The notes below the pieces were generated by a model. It saw only the letters and a list, made by a program, of their open reading frames with translations, was not told the DNA's origin and made no database searches. The position numbers were made by a program, and so were the translations under genes. A stretch of DNA of 63,205 nt, filler included, from Pelomyxa schiedti (Eukaryota; Protista; Evosea), in the NCBI GenBank assembly GCA_020536535.1. It is 10 parts of 10 records of this genome, joined end to end, with 100 filler letters (N's around TTAATTAATTAA, not from the genome) between each part and the next. Parts side by side here need not be neighbours in the genome. Positions count along the whole stretch, not along the records: positions 27,634 to 39,545 come from JAHLWZ010001229.1; positions 39,646 to 54,183 come from JAHLWZ010000684.1; 8 more parts are not named here. One strand, 5' to 3'. Positions 32,399 through 45,500 of this stretch are shown here, piece by piece (within the stretch, counting starts at the first letter, position 1; each line of letters begins with the position of its first letter).

Positions 32399-34027
32399 AT
32401 GGTTTGGCGTTTGGCGGTTATTGTTGCGGCACTTGTGCCGATCGGAGTGTTTGGCAGTGATTACCTGGAGGTGACAGAGGACAAGTTGACGTGGGCTGGC
32501 TCCCAAGTTTTTCTCAGCGGTCTCAACCAGGCGTGGGTAAATTATGGGTATGATTTCGGCAACAACCAGCCCATATCGACCTACTGTCAACAAAAAGACA
32601 CTCTTACAAACTTATCTGTGAGTTTTCCCCAACCGTTCATTTTGTTTATTGTCTCTAAAAAATTACAGGCTGTTGGGGGAAACTCTCTGAGGTACTGGCT
32701 ATTTGTTGAGGGATACTCCATTCCAGAGTTTGATTCCAATGGCTATGTCATTGGCACAGACGCTGCTGGAACCCTCATATCTGGTATTTTTTCCTTTCGT
32801 TTTTGAATATGAACAGACTTCGTCAGATTTGCGGAGATACCTTTGGACTGCACAGGAACAAGGCATTACAATCAATTTCTGTTTGTGGAATGGTGCCGTT
32901 CTCACCAACCCAAATGCCATCAATTTATTTTCGGATACTGCAAAGTACCAAATCTTGCCGTTGCTAATTCAAACTTAAGTAGTACAGGCTCCAATCTTTC
33001 ATAGATAATGCTCTCGTTCCTATTGTAAAGGCTCTTTCAAATGAAACAGCAATGATGACATGGGAAATCATCAATGAGCCGGAGGGGTCTGTTCAAATTG
33101 CATCAGATTCGGAGCCATGCTTTGATACCATCCCACTGCTGGTATTTGTATTTCCATGTTATTATTGCTTATTTGCACAAGGGAAGTGGTGCTGGTTGGA
33201 CAGGCGTAAACCTTCCAATGAAGAACATCCTACAATTTGTTAGCATGCAAACATCAGCAATCCACTCCGCCGACCCAAAAGCACTTGTATCTGTAGGTTG
33301 TCTTCAGCTACATCGAACGTGAACACTCACGGATAACAGGATCCTGGTCAGAGAAAGCAATGACAGATAACTGGGGTTATCGGAACTACTATAAAGACGA
33401 GTGCTTAAATAAATTTGGACTTAGCAAAGCTACCCTTGATTATTACCAGCTTCACAGCTATGACTGGCAAGGTAAATGGAACGAGCATGCAGCTTTTGTG
33501 CAAAGCAAGGCAGATTATGGGGTACACTTCAAAAGCTTTTTATAGTGCCTTTCATTAATCTCCTTTCTTTAATCCAGCTGGACAAGCCAATTGTTGTTGC
33601 CGAATTTGATGAAGAGAGTGGTAAGAGCCACTTTTTTCCATACTGAAGTAGTAATATAATGAACAAGGTGGGGGAATGACCATAGAAGCCATGTATGACT
33701 ACGTTTTCGATCACGGGTACGATGGTGCATGGGCCTGGACTGCTGAGGAGGCCAATAACTTTAACGGCGTAGAGGCACTGAAAGGAGAGAAGACCGTGGA
33801 TGCAATTAGCATGCCGGATATTACAGTTACTGACTATTGCACTCAGACATGCAGTGACATACCCCCATCAACAGACTACACATGTGCACAGCAAGCCTCA
33901 TGGGGTAAATGTGATGAAAGGCATGCATCACTTGTCAACAAACACTGATTCCTTCTAACTTTTTGTTTACAGCTGGATGGAAGGGTACTGTTGTTTTTCT
34001 TGCCATGCCTGTGCAGGCTGTGAATAG
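32399..34027 (+). CDS. Secreted GH5 endo-beta-1,4-mannanase-like enzyme (GH5_10-like) with a C-terminal Cys-rich putative carbohydrate-binding module; 9 exons
   Basis: Signal peptide; FLSGLNQAWVNYGYDFGNNQ, GGNSLRYWLFVEG, WEIINEPEG (acid/base), LDYYQLHSYDWQ, LDKPIVVAEF (nucleophile), GYDGAWAW; tail CSDIPPSTDYTCAQQASWGKCDESWMEGYCCFSCHAC. Confidence 0.9.
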
Positions 34028-34093
34028 CCTCACTACCATTTAAAAAAGACCAACCCTTTCAATCCCTCGAATCTGTTAGTTTGGCTAAATACA

Positions 34094-37000
34094 ATGGGTG
34101 ATGGACCAGCCCACGAACGTCTGACAGGCACCGACGTTGGTGGAGAGGCAGATACGACGGCGATGTCCCACAATGAAACGACACCAACGGGAGCGGACGA
34201 CGGCTACGGCAACAACCACAACACGGACGCCGGGGGTGCTGTGGAGGGCGAGGGCGAGGGCGAGGGCGATGGGGAAGAAGACCACGGGCAGCAGCAGCAG
34301 CAGATCGGCGACGCCACGGCCGACGACTACGCGGCTGCAGCGGGCGGCGAGGCAACAGGGGCAACGGAGGGGGGGAACGGCGACGACGACGGCGGCGCGG
34401 CGGCGGCTCCCTATCACGACGGGACGGGGGAGGCTGCCGCCGGGGCCGAATTCCCCTTGGATGTGGTGCTGTGCATGGCAATGGAAAGCGCCGGCAGCGA
34501 CGAGGCCGAGGCCGAGGGCGAGGGCACTGGGGCCGACGCGGACGTGGGGAGCGACGGCGACGACGTGGCAGCCCTGGCGGCGGAAGGGGAGGACGTCGGG
34601 GTGTTTGTGCGGGACTACCCCACAATCGACTACAGCAGCGGGGACGAGGCAGCCGACGCTGCATCTGGCGGCGCAGTGGGGGAGCAGGACCGCGAGGAGG
34701 TGCTGGCCGTGTGCGGGGACTTCGAGGCCGAGCAGGGCCCCGCCCAGCATCCGCTGCAGGAGGGGGGGCTGGAGGATAATTCGGCCGGCGTTGGGGGCTG
34801 CGGCGACGGGGACGGGGCTGGCTCGGAGGAAACAGCAGGGGGGCCGGGCGACCACAGCGAAGCGGCAGTTGCGGACCCTCCGGAGGAATCTGGCACGAAT
34901 GTGGACTTGAGCTCGAACTTGAGTCAGGACGGGACATCTAGTGGACAGAGCGCTGTCGTTGATGGGGGGCAGGCAACGGGACAAGATTGCCTCGGCACCA
35001 CCACCGCGACTGGTACTGTTGTTTCAGAGGAAGCAGCGGTTGCTACGGCAGGAGATTCAGCGACATCAAAGACGACAATATCGGAACCCTCTGTAGAGAG
35101 ATGTGAAGGCGGAAGCGCCCTCAATAGTTGTGGCAAGTTTCCAGCGGTAATTGAAGGCCCGGAACTGAAAGACAGTGGTCACTCCACAAATGAGGAAAAT
35201 CCACCCTCCGAGACTCAAGGTAGCAAACCTGGAGAGTCCATGTTGGTCAATTCAGTTGGAAATGTAACAAGTGATGCGCCTTCCAGCACAAATACCCTTC
35301 AACCCAAATCATCACCACTCAGCAACCCACAACCCTCCAATTCAACACCTCTAGGAGAAATACCCCCAAAAGTGGAATCCACAAATCAACAGAAGGATGA
35401 TTTTAAGGACCCTCAAGTAAAACTCGAACTTAATACCTCACACCCTGTTCAAACCCCCTTCTCATCTGAGAGTACAATAAATAATCAAGACACCTTCTCA
35501 CAGACGAGTGACATGTCCCTTCAACCGTCAGAAAATAAGGCAGACATGAAACTGGAAAGTGATATGACTGAAGCAGCCTGTCTGACATCTGTGCCAACCT
35601 ATGGTCTGGAGGCCCTATCTGGAGACATTAAGCTCGAGATCCCTGGTACATTTGATTTCTGTTGTATACATTTTGATTTTTACAGCTGAGGTTGATCTGT
35701 ACGAATCTTGTACTAAGGATTTTATGGGGTCTTTCCCTCGGGTTATTGAGTACTGTACTGCTTCAATGCGTGACTTAAAATGTAAACATTCCTCAACCGA
35801 AGTGCCATCTCTCCCATCATGTATTCCCTTTCTGGGCAAGCTTGTACACACTTTTCCTCTTTTTTTGTATGCTCGGCTGTGGAAATTGTATCTCTCCTCC
35901 TTCATTTGTTTTTACCTAATGCTCAAAGGTTAATTTCTACAACAGCTGATTATGAAGAGCATGTGAGACAGAAGTTAAACACATTGATAAGTGATATACA
36001 ATTACCTTGTGAATCCATTACCCTTGACTGGATTCAACGAGGTCCTCCCTCCTGGGGGGTAGCTACGTCTGTCTTGAAGACTATTTCAGAGTGGGTGAGT
36101 GTGGCCATTCTAAGAGGAAAGGGATCAGGTGTTGATGAATGTGAGAAAGCAGAAAATGTATTGTCACAGAGGGTACTTGCAGCATTGAATATATGCCTAT
36201 TGGTGTTATGCAAGGTTGGAAATGATCACCGAAGTACAAATGCATGGGCTGTCTGCGCGTCTTTGCTTAAGGAGGCAGGTGACATTACTGTATGTAATAT
36301 TTTTTTCCCTCCATCTAGTGACAACTACAGAATCGAGACCATTTGATGGATGTGAGTAAAACTGTACCTCTTGTTGAAGAAGAAATAATGGTCCACTACT
36401 TTGCTGAGCCTATTCCAAGGTTACCTTCAATCTTCCTTTTGAGCTGTTGAAATCAAGTTCCTAGGAATACCAATCCCACTGTGAAGGTAAAACTTGAAAT
36501 GCGTCATATCTTTCATCAGCAAAACCGTGTTCAAACTGATAGACTCCTCACTACACTCCCCACGGCTGATCTGGCCCAATCGAAAGTATTTTAATTTGGC
36601 TCTTTTTTAATAGGTAATTTCTAAATAGACCTTGTTTCAACATTGGATGACTGAATGGGATAAATCCAAAAGTGGCTACATGTTGTCAAATTCCAGCTAC
36701 ATCCCACCTTACGAAGTCTATATCCTCACCAAGGCCGCTATGAAATTTGCTAAATATGGATTGGTATCTTCTTCATGAAGAATTCTGAAAAACTCAACTT
36801 CCTGCACACTGAACAGCACGAAAATGTTGTAGTTTGGATAGGACATCTTACAAGTGCGTATAGTAACTTGGTGGAACAACAACGTAAAGCTTCTACTTCT
36901 AACAGTGATCAAAATTTGAGTAATGGAAGGTTTTACTTTCACTTTTTACTGTACTCTCTTATATTGGTGTTTAGCCCTGAAGCTATATCAACTATGCTTT

Positions 37001-39398
37001 GCATGCAACATGCCGACTTTCTTCGAGCACTGTTGAAAACTGTGAAGTATTTTTCACAAAATAAACCTCAATTATTTCTGAGACAATATAGTTACCGGGA
37101 CTCATTTCTCTTGTGGAAACACCTTGGGACAATGAACTTACTGATGCATGGCGGATTATTCCCTTGGACACAAGAACAAGCAATCGAAAATACAATTTTG
37201 TGTGGATCCTTGCGTCATGAACTTTGATCTGATCTTCTTCATTAGGGAGTATGAAAAAGCGACTTCATCAGAAGAAATACAGAACTCTTGCACTGTCATG
37301 CAACTACTAATTGGTAACAATTTTATTACATAATAACTAGGGAAGGAACGCGGACATTAGTGCCCAGCACCCTTTATCACTAATTAGAACAATCCTCGGT
37401 TTTAAAGTTAATATCACTCACAGAAATTGCCCTACTGAAAATACATTCCTGTTCACGCGATCCTTCAATTGCACGCAATTCGACTTATAACGCATTTGAG
37501 TATTGGAGTGACACAATGGATGAAAACAGGAAGGAGTCTTTGGCAATCAACCTTTGTGATCTGGCATTGGCACAAGCTGGTACAATCTTTTTTGATCAAA
37601 TAAAAGTTCACGTCTTCAGTTTTGGAGCGTAAATTTAAGCAGTTTAAACAAGCCGTGATTATGTACGAAGTAGCCGGGAAAAGCCCCCTTGTAAGTAGAC
37701 TTTGCCGTCTCAGCTTCAATGATTTGGAAATTAGGTACAAAAACTCCCTTCCCTCTGGAAAGAGTATGCCATGTTCTCTGTTGAAAGAAAGAAGTTGGCA
37801 AATGCTCGACAAATTTTCACCAGAGCTGTCTCTGTAGTCTCTGATGAAGAAAAAGACAGTTTATGGAATGAGTTTCTGCAATTTGAAGTGCAGTATGGGG
37901 GAGCAGGAATATCAACAATTGAACAGCTGAAACAGAGTGTTTTTTCCGCGCAACAAGAGGTTTATTTTCTTTTTACATCTGTGATCTCCAACATCCATAG
38001 AACAATTCCCAACTAAGTGGTCCAGTCGCCAAGCGAGCGAGAGTCGCACATCCTGGACAGGTAAGAGTTCACTCTTTATTTTGTTGTAACTCTTCCTAGC
38101 CTTCTGGTGTTGAAATCCCAGGTAGAGTATTTCTTTGTTGATACTTTCCCCTTTGAACCAGAATATACACCAGCAAATGTCCGATGGGGACAGCAGTCAC
38201 AGATGTCGGTAGATCAAAACACAGTGGTATGCTCACCATTCTTAACTTCAACATTCATTGTGACTTGGGACTTGGGGAAAAACAAGGAGCAAGACCCAAT
38301 GCCCCCGTGGAATGTTCTTATTGTGCAACTGCGCAATGCACTTGACACAAGTGCCTTCGAAATTGTTTTCAAACTCAAAACTCTTCAAGTATGTTTCCAC
38401 TTCGCCAAGTCAATCTTTTTAACGGGACCTGAACAGAACATTACAATCAAGGAATTGCAAGCACGACGCACTGAATTAGCTACAACCCACAAAATGAAGC
38501 TTGCCGAGTTTCAGGAATACTGGCGGTATTCTGTAATCGTTTCCTTTTTTTCTCCCACCAATTGAATCCTGTAAAGAGCCAATCCGAGAGTAGACACTGT
38601 ATTGAAAGACCAAAAGCAGAAGGAGCTTGAACAAGCTTGTCAGAAAGAACTCTCTTCCTTTGACCGCAGTTTGTTTCGTAACTCAGTCTGAGCCCACCTC
38701 ATCTTTGTATAGTAATTTTGCAAGCACTGGACACGAAAGTTCTTGAACAACAAACAATCATGCAAAAGGTAGCTAGCCCTTGTTTCCACAAGTTCTGAAT
38801 TAATCAGATTATAGGCACAAATACCAGGGTTTTTCCCAACTTCGGACCCTAATTACATAGAAATACAATCGAGGCTTCTCGATTTCATCCTAGAAGAATG
38901 TGTGTAGAGGCCTTTAAAAACCACTCTTTCCACTCACTGTAACCCCCTAACACTGCCACAGACCAGCAGCACATGAACCTAGCACCTCCCCAGCAGGCAC
39001 CCCCAAACCAACAACAACAGCAGGCGCCGCTCAGCAGCCACCCAGATTACACCCTCGCCCAGGCACCCCCCAACCCCAGCCCCGACCAATCCTACCCCCC
39101 CGCCACATCCCCTTACAGCTTCCACAACACTCCACCCCTGCATCCTATCCCAGCACCACAGCCGGTCCAACAGCAGGTTCCACCTCAATTCCAGCCCGCA
39201 CCCCCTCTGCAACAACAACAATACACCCAGCCACCAGCTCAGCAGTTTGCACCCGCTCCCGCACAACAACAGTACTATCAACAGGCACAACCACCCCCAC
39301 AATGGCTACCAAACCAACAACAGGCTTCATCACCCTTTGTTGAAAGTGGTGGGCCTTTACCTCTCCAATACCAGAATTCTAGGTACCAGCAATACTAA
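34094..39398 (+). CDS. Large multi-exon protein: acidic disordered N-terminus, helical core with HAT-like repeat, NLS, DGCR6-like domain, P/Q-rich tail
   Basis: HAT-like NARQIFTRAV..LWNEFLQFEVQYG; PVAKRAR; ALDTSAFEIVFKLKTLQ|NITIKELQARRTEL...LQALDTKVLEQQTIMQK|AQIPGFFPTSDPNYIEIQSRLLDFIL. Frame continuity was checked by eye from about 37770 to 39398; the 5' half is assumed to be the same gene. Confidence 0.6.
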
Positions 39399-40158
39399 GA
39401 AAAAAAATAAAGGTTCTTCCCAATTTTGGGACTCACACTAAAAAATTCGTTTTGATGAATCAGAGTGTTGTTCTCAGTCGGGGGTGGATGGAAAAATCTG
39501 CTCTTTTGGATTTAGCTGGCCCAAAGGGTGGACCAGAAAATGTGCNNNNNNNNNNNNNNNNNNNNNNNNNNNNNNNNNNNNNNNNNNNNTTAATTAATTA
39601 ANNNNNNNNNNNNNNNNNNNNNNNNNNNNNNNNNNNNNNNNNNNNAAGGCACCTACTCCCACGGCTTATGGCCAAAAGCTCATAGCCCGAGAGGGACTTT
39701 CCCTTTCTTTGTACTGTGTACTTCTAGCCATAACACCCCACCTCCCCACTGTAACAGTACCAAACATTGAGAATAAATTATGTGTATCCACCACCAAAAC
39801 TTTTTTTCCCTTTCATCATTTTTTATCTGGAAAAGGTGCAACAAAATGTCATCGAAGACTTCGACGTTCTTCGACTTTGTTTTTTCCTTTGGTTTGGCCG
39901 TGAAGCGTCGTCGCCGAAAAATAACAACAAACACGCACTGTTGGGGACACTCAACCAACAATAAAAAAACAACCCCATAACACACCAACTATTATCACAT
40001 CATTATAGATCATACACAGTGTGAAACAAACATAGTTACTAGTGGCCCTGCAACACACACTAGACACAGTGAGTCACACATAGAGTAAGTAGTAGATAGA
40101 CGCGAGTGTGTGAGTGAGTGAGTGGGAAGTATTAAAAACCAAACACAAACAAACACAA

Positions 40159-42405
40159 ATGAGTGGGACAGGGTACGTGAGGACCAACATCAACACCAAG
40201 TCAACCACAGCCAAGACACTCCTAGACATACACTACAACCCATTCGGCGAGCGTCCACCAACCCCGCCACCACCTGCCCCTCCTGCCGTTGTGTACTCCC
40301 CTCCTCAACCACAGCCCACATCATATGACCCACTCTTGGCCCCTCAGTCCCAATCTGCATCAGTCACTCCAATGCCACAACAACAACCTTATGGTACCAA
40401 TGCTGCTACTAATTCAGTGCAACCTATTCAGCAGACTCAACAAATAAACCAACAGCAGCAACAAGTGGCACAACAACCACAACCACAGCAACAGCAGCAG
40501 TCACATTCTGCACCACCTCCTTTGGTGTTCGCTTCTGGTGGTGGTGGTGTCAGTGCGGTTCCATCACAGCAGTCATCTGTCAGTTCTAATCCTGGTCCCA
40601 ATCCTACTCCTGGTCCTACGCCGGCTCCTGCTGTTACTAGTAGCGTACCCCCTTCTGGTGCCACGGGTGTCACTCCTGCTCCAAATGTTCCGGCAGCTAC
40701 AAGTATGTTGTACAAACATAGTAGACTTACTTATTATTAAATATATACCGAAAATATCATGATCAAGTTTTATTCTTATAGTTTAAATCTTGTGAAAATT
40801 TGATTATTCCAATGCCGAGTGTGACACTTCATAGAGCCTGCTATGTATGCTAATGCGAATCGAGTATTATCTGATGCAGAACGCGATAATGCGTTTGCGG
40901 ATATCAAGAAAGCGNNNNNNNNNNNNNNNNNNNNNNNNNNNNNNNNNNNNNNNNNNNNNNNNNNNNNNNNNNNNNNNNNNNNNNNNNNNNNNNNNNNNNN
41001 NNNNNNNNNNNNNNGAAAATTTGATTATTCCAATGCCGAGTGTGACACTTCATAGAGCCTGCTATGTATGCTAATGCGAATCGAGTATTATCTGATGCAG
41101 AACGCGATAATGCGTTTGCGGATATCAAGAAAGCGGCAAATAATGTAAATCTTACTCCTTGTAGATGCAACACTAACATTTGTACACTTCAGGTGTGCTA
41201 TGAGTGTGCCGCCAAAAACCCACAGTGGGCTTCTGTTACATATGGAATTTTTATATGCTTGCAATGTTCAGGGTTGCATAAAGGCTTTGGCACCTCCGTC
41301 AGGTAAACGTTCTCACATGCTAATTGATAAATAATATAACCTAGTCTTGTGCGGAGCGTGAGCCATGAACAATGGACTGAGCGCCAGATTGCACTGATGC
41401 GATGTGGCGGAAATAACAACTTTGGAGAGTGGTGCAGGCAGCATGGAGTTCCCTTTAACATGGCCTCCTGGTGGCTGAAATATCCAACCCCAGTAACACA
41501 GCAGTATGCTGCCAAACTTGCGGCCACTGTAGATGTAAGAGCGAGTTTGTTACTTTCCTTTTCTGATTAAAAACCAGGGCACCGCATACACGGAACCGGC
41601 GAATCTATCCTGGGAAGATGGCGACAGCAGTGCCCCAGTTGATCCCAACCAAAAAAAGTGAGCCGAACACATAACCTGTATTCAAACACCGCTAACTTTT
41701 CTTATAGAGCGGAAGACACCAAGCCTAGTTGGCAGTATGCCACGCTTCATATCCTTCCTTTTCTAACCTTACCACAGGTCTCTTCTCACTGCTGTGAAAA
41801 CCAAGACCTCCTCCATTGGCCAAGAAAGTGAGAAGGTACCGAACCAACTCAAACGTTCCTCCACCCTTCCACAACAAGTCACTGCCAACTACATTTCCGC
41901 ATTTCACTTCTCCTAATATTCCTCTCCCAAAAAGGGTTTCCGCTCTTTCCTAACCTCAGTCCGGTCCAAACTCCCAGCAACAACAGCAACGACAACCACA
42001 CCCACTACAACTTCAACAACACCATCACCCTCTCAGCCGAATCCTCCCGCACATTCAGCAGTATCATCATCCCCAAGTCCTACATATTCCACACCAGCAG
42101 CCACCACAGTTCCACAAAACACCTATTCTACTGCATCATCGCAAAAGCCTCCGGCTCCTACTGTTTCTACTCCTACTAATACCAGCAAACCTGCTGTTGC
42201 AAATACACAGAATCAAAAACAAACAGCAGCAACAAGGCAAGGAACCACTGCGCATGCTCCTGCAACAGCAAGCAAACCGGCCGCCTCGTTGTTTGGAGAT
42301 AGTACTGTGGATACTGCATACCAGTGGGATGAACCTTCATTTGTAAATTCCAGCATGTCCACACCTAAAATTTACACACCGTCTGTGTATGACATGATTG
42401 ACTGA
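40159..42405 (+). CDS. ArfGAP-domain protein with low-complexity flanks
   Basis: NN|VCYECAAKNPQWASVTYGIFICLQCSGLHKGFGTSV|SLVRSVSHEQWTERQIALMRCGGN (CX2CX16CX2C zinc finger); stop TGA 42403-42405. Confidence 0.9.
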
Positions 42406-42542
42406 GTGTGTGGATTAATAAAGAATTGAATGCAAATGAAAGGAAGGTATTGGAGTTTGAAAATGGAAAAAAATTACATATTTTTGTCTTGAATAGAGCA
42501 CAAAAGAGGCTGGCTCAGGGTGTAAATACCACAAAGTCCTCA

Positions 42543-45500
42543 TCAATCATATGTTGTGGATTCACAAGCAGTCCACCTTTGTTTACTTCTGTTAATGTGG
42601 TTAGTTTGTGCAGGGAACAAAACCGGCATACTTGGGGGTGGCTTTTGCGGCCGCTGTGGATGCGTGTAAACTACACTGCCTTGTTGCGGGAAAAGTGGCA
42701 TGGGAACGGAGGACCGTGTCTTTGCCGGTGCTGTTTGGTAAAGCGGCGATGTTGGAGATGGTTGTGGATTGGAGCCCGGTGGTGGTTGGTTAGTTCTGAC
42801 TTGATTTGGCTGGTCTGATGGTTGTGGTGTTGGTTTGATTATTTGTTGCACTGGGGTGGTTTTCGGCCGGGTGTCAGGTTCTTCAACCAGAGCAGCCGGG
42901 TGTGCTGGTGCGAGTGTTGGTGTTGGCGCTAGAGGTGGTTCCAATTGGGGTGTTGGGGTAGAGGGAGGAACACTTGGAGACTGCCCGCGAATGGGGGTTT
43001 GAGCCGATGGCACTATAACTGGTGGGGAGGAGGTTCTTTGTGGGGTGACATAAGCTGCTTGCTGTTGTGGTACAGGTTGTGCGGGCTGCGTTTGTTGCGG
43101 GTTAGGTGTTTGTGGCGTCACCATTTGCAGTTGTTGCTGCAATTGGAGTAACATTTGTTGCTGGTACATCGGGTGGTTCATAATAGCGAGCGCATCTTTG
43201 ATTTGAAGAAGCTCTCCAATCGCTGCCTGGATTGATTCCTTTTGACTTGGAGTCCTATTTTCCCATAAATGAAGGATACAAACTAAATAGCACCTACGTG
43301 AAATTGATCATGCACAGTATTGTAATAACACAATCTACACGATCACGGACAGAGGCGGGAGTTATCATCTGGGGCTGAGGTTGCAAGGTCTGCTGTGATG
43401 TAATGACCTTCACGTACTTGTTAGAACTCATAAAAGGGGAAAGAAGAACTTTTTTCGGTTTTTTTGGATCTGCAGGTTCACTTCCAGCCTGCAGAATTTA
43501 TGAGAGGATATTTCAAGTATGAGTACGTACAACCTCCTCCTGCACGGTGTCCGACGGTGTGGTGCCAGGTGTCTGAAATGAGTTAGGGTACTTGTATCAA
43601 AACTGGTTGAGAGCACCTTTTTGGGTTGGCCCAAGTTTTTGAACCATCCTTTCTGTGGGAATGAATACCGAAAGAATAAGAAAAAGAGAAAAAGTACCAA
43701 TAAACTGCGTTTTTGAGTTCTGGAAGGCTTTGCAGATCCAGGGTACAACGACAGCCTGGATCTCTGAGCTCCGAGAGCTACTGTTATATAAACTTCCACC
43801 GGGTAAAGCCTTGGACTGAATAAAACTAACATTGCATCTCCGGGCTCAGTGTTGAGCACTGAATTTTGTAAAGATATGACCAAGGAAAAAGAGGCATACA
43901 CGAATTTCTTGCCAGTGACAGTATTGATATAAACAGAAAATCAAGAAGGGATAAATTTACATCAAGTGCAAATAGGGCGTCCCAGATGGGCAAAATTTCT
44001 TTCAGAGGAAACACTTGGCAAAGCAGTATGCGTACCCAGCGACTGGAAGTATTTAAATCATGAAACTGTTGTTCACTGGAAAGGGATTACATCATATAAA
44101 ACTGTGAGTCAGCCCCGATATCAACAAGAAAATCACATAGCTCCGGATCTTTTTCCCCTAAAAGTCTCTGGACTGATTCGCATTTGTTAATTACATCTGC
44201 CTGTGTAGAAGCAGTAAGAACACATATGGATATACAGGGTACCAACATCATTATAGTATATGGCAGCGTGATCCATCAGGCATTCATAAATCCAGTATGT
44301 GTCATGCTCTATGAATTCTGGATTTGTCAAAAACCGAAGTAGATTAATCCTACAAGAGTAAGGTTGTAACTGGTAGAAAATTGTCCATACATCTCGTGAT
44401 CTTGTTGGTGATCCTTTTTGGCATTGCAATAGGTAAGATCCACTCCGTTTCCGTTCAGATCCACTCCCCAGCCACTGAGGAGCGAAATAGCAGCTGACGC
44501 ACCATTCCCACTTGAACTCCAAACTAGGGCAGAATCCACTTGCATAGATAAAAACAGTGGGGCCAACAACTCGTGCATTCCTTGAACGTACAATAACTGT
44601 GGATGTTGCAGGGCATACACATGCAGAATTTGTAACAACTTTTTTTTTGTCTCCGAATTGTCAAAGAAAGCAAAGGATGGGTATCTGTTAAAGAGATAAG
44701 GTGAAATTAACGAGTTTAGTAATATACGTTCTCTCAATATCAGCAGCAATTTCTTTCTCCAATTTAGAGCGAACAAGAGCATGATGCCACTGCCAAAGAT
44801 GAGCAAATAAACGGAGTTTTGTTGGTCGTTACCTTATCATCAGATTTGGGTTGGTGATAGGAGAGAGCAGGGTTGTGGTGCTGTGATAGTTCCGTGTATT
44901 TGCGTCGCGCATCTGATGCCAACTGCTCCCAGGTGGACACAGGATTTCCTTCCAAGCACAAAAAGAACTGAAAAGCAATGAGTGTAGCGGAAAAAGAGAT
45001 GGGGACTGGTTCGCTCACCTTCCACACCATGCCCCTCAAAGTGCCCTGGTACTCTCCACTCAGAATTGTTTCCCTCAAAGCTTGCGGCTGTTTTGTGATC
45101 AGGTGCATGATTTCGGCTACTCCATCAGGAATGCTGGAACACGTGCTGCATGAAGGGGCGCTTGGACCCAATTCATCTTCTGTTGGTCTGGGTGGGCTGG
45201 TGCATGGTGGTGGCACACCAACCCCAAGAGTTGCACCGCTCATGCCAACCACTGCTGACCCAACAAGACCACCCCCAGACGTCATGGCGTTAACAGCTGC
45301 AACGGCTCCAATTCTATCTTCACCGCTTGTTGGTGGCGGTGATGCTGCTGTCTGTGTGCTCGATGGAGTGGTGGTGGCTGTGGTGTTGCTGCCGGTTTTT
45401 GGAGCACCATCCGTCGCAGAGACGGCACCGTCGCTGGCTGCAGGAGGAGTGGTGAAAAGGTGATGAGAAAACATCGCATGCAACACCGGGAAGTTGACAC

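Noticed and set aside
32399-34027. Stop-codon reassignment or selenocysteine readthrough as the reason ORFs are fragmented
   Set aside because: In the genes checked (GH5, NifS-like, 3' half of the HAT/DGCR6 gene), in-frame stops fall inside short GT/GC-AG introns, and TAA, TAG and TGA all serve as true stops.
41735-41777. ATATCCTT as a U12-type 5' splice site
   Set aside because: It lies inside an ordinary GTATGC...CAG intron rather than at its boundary.
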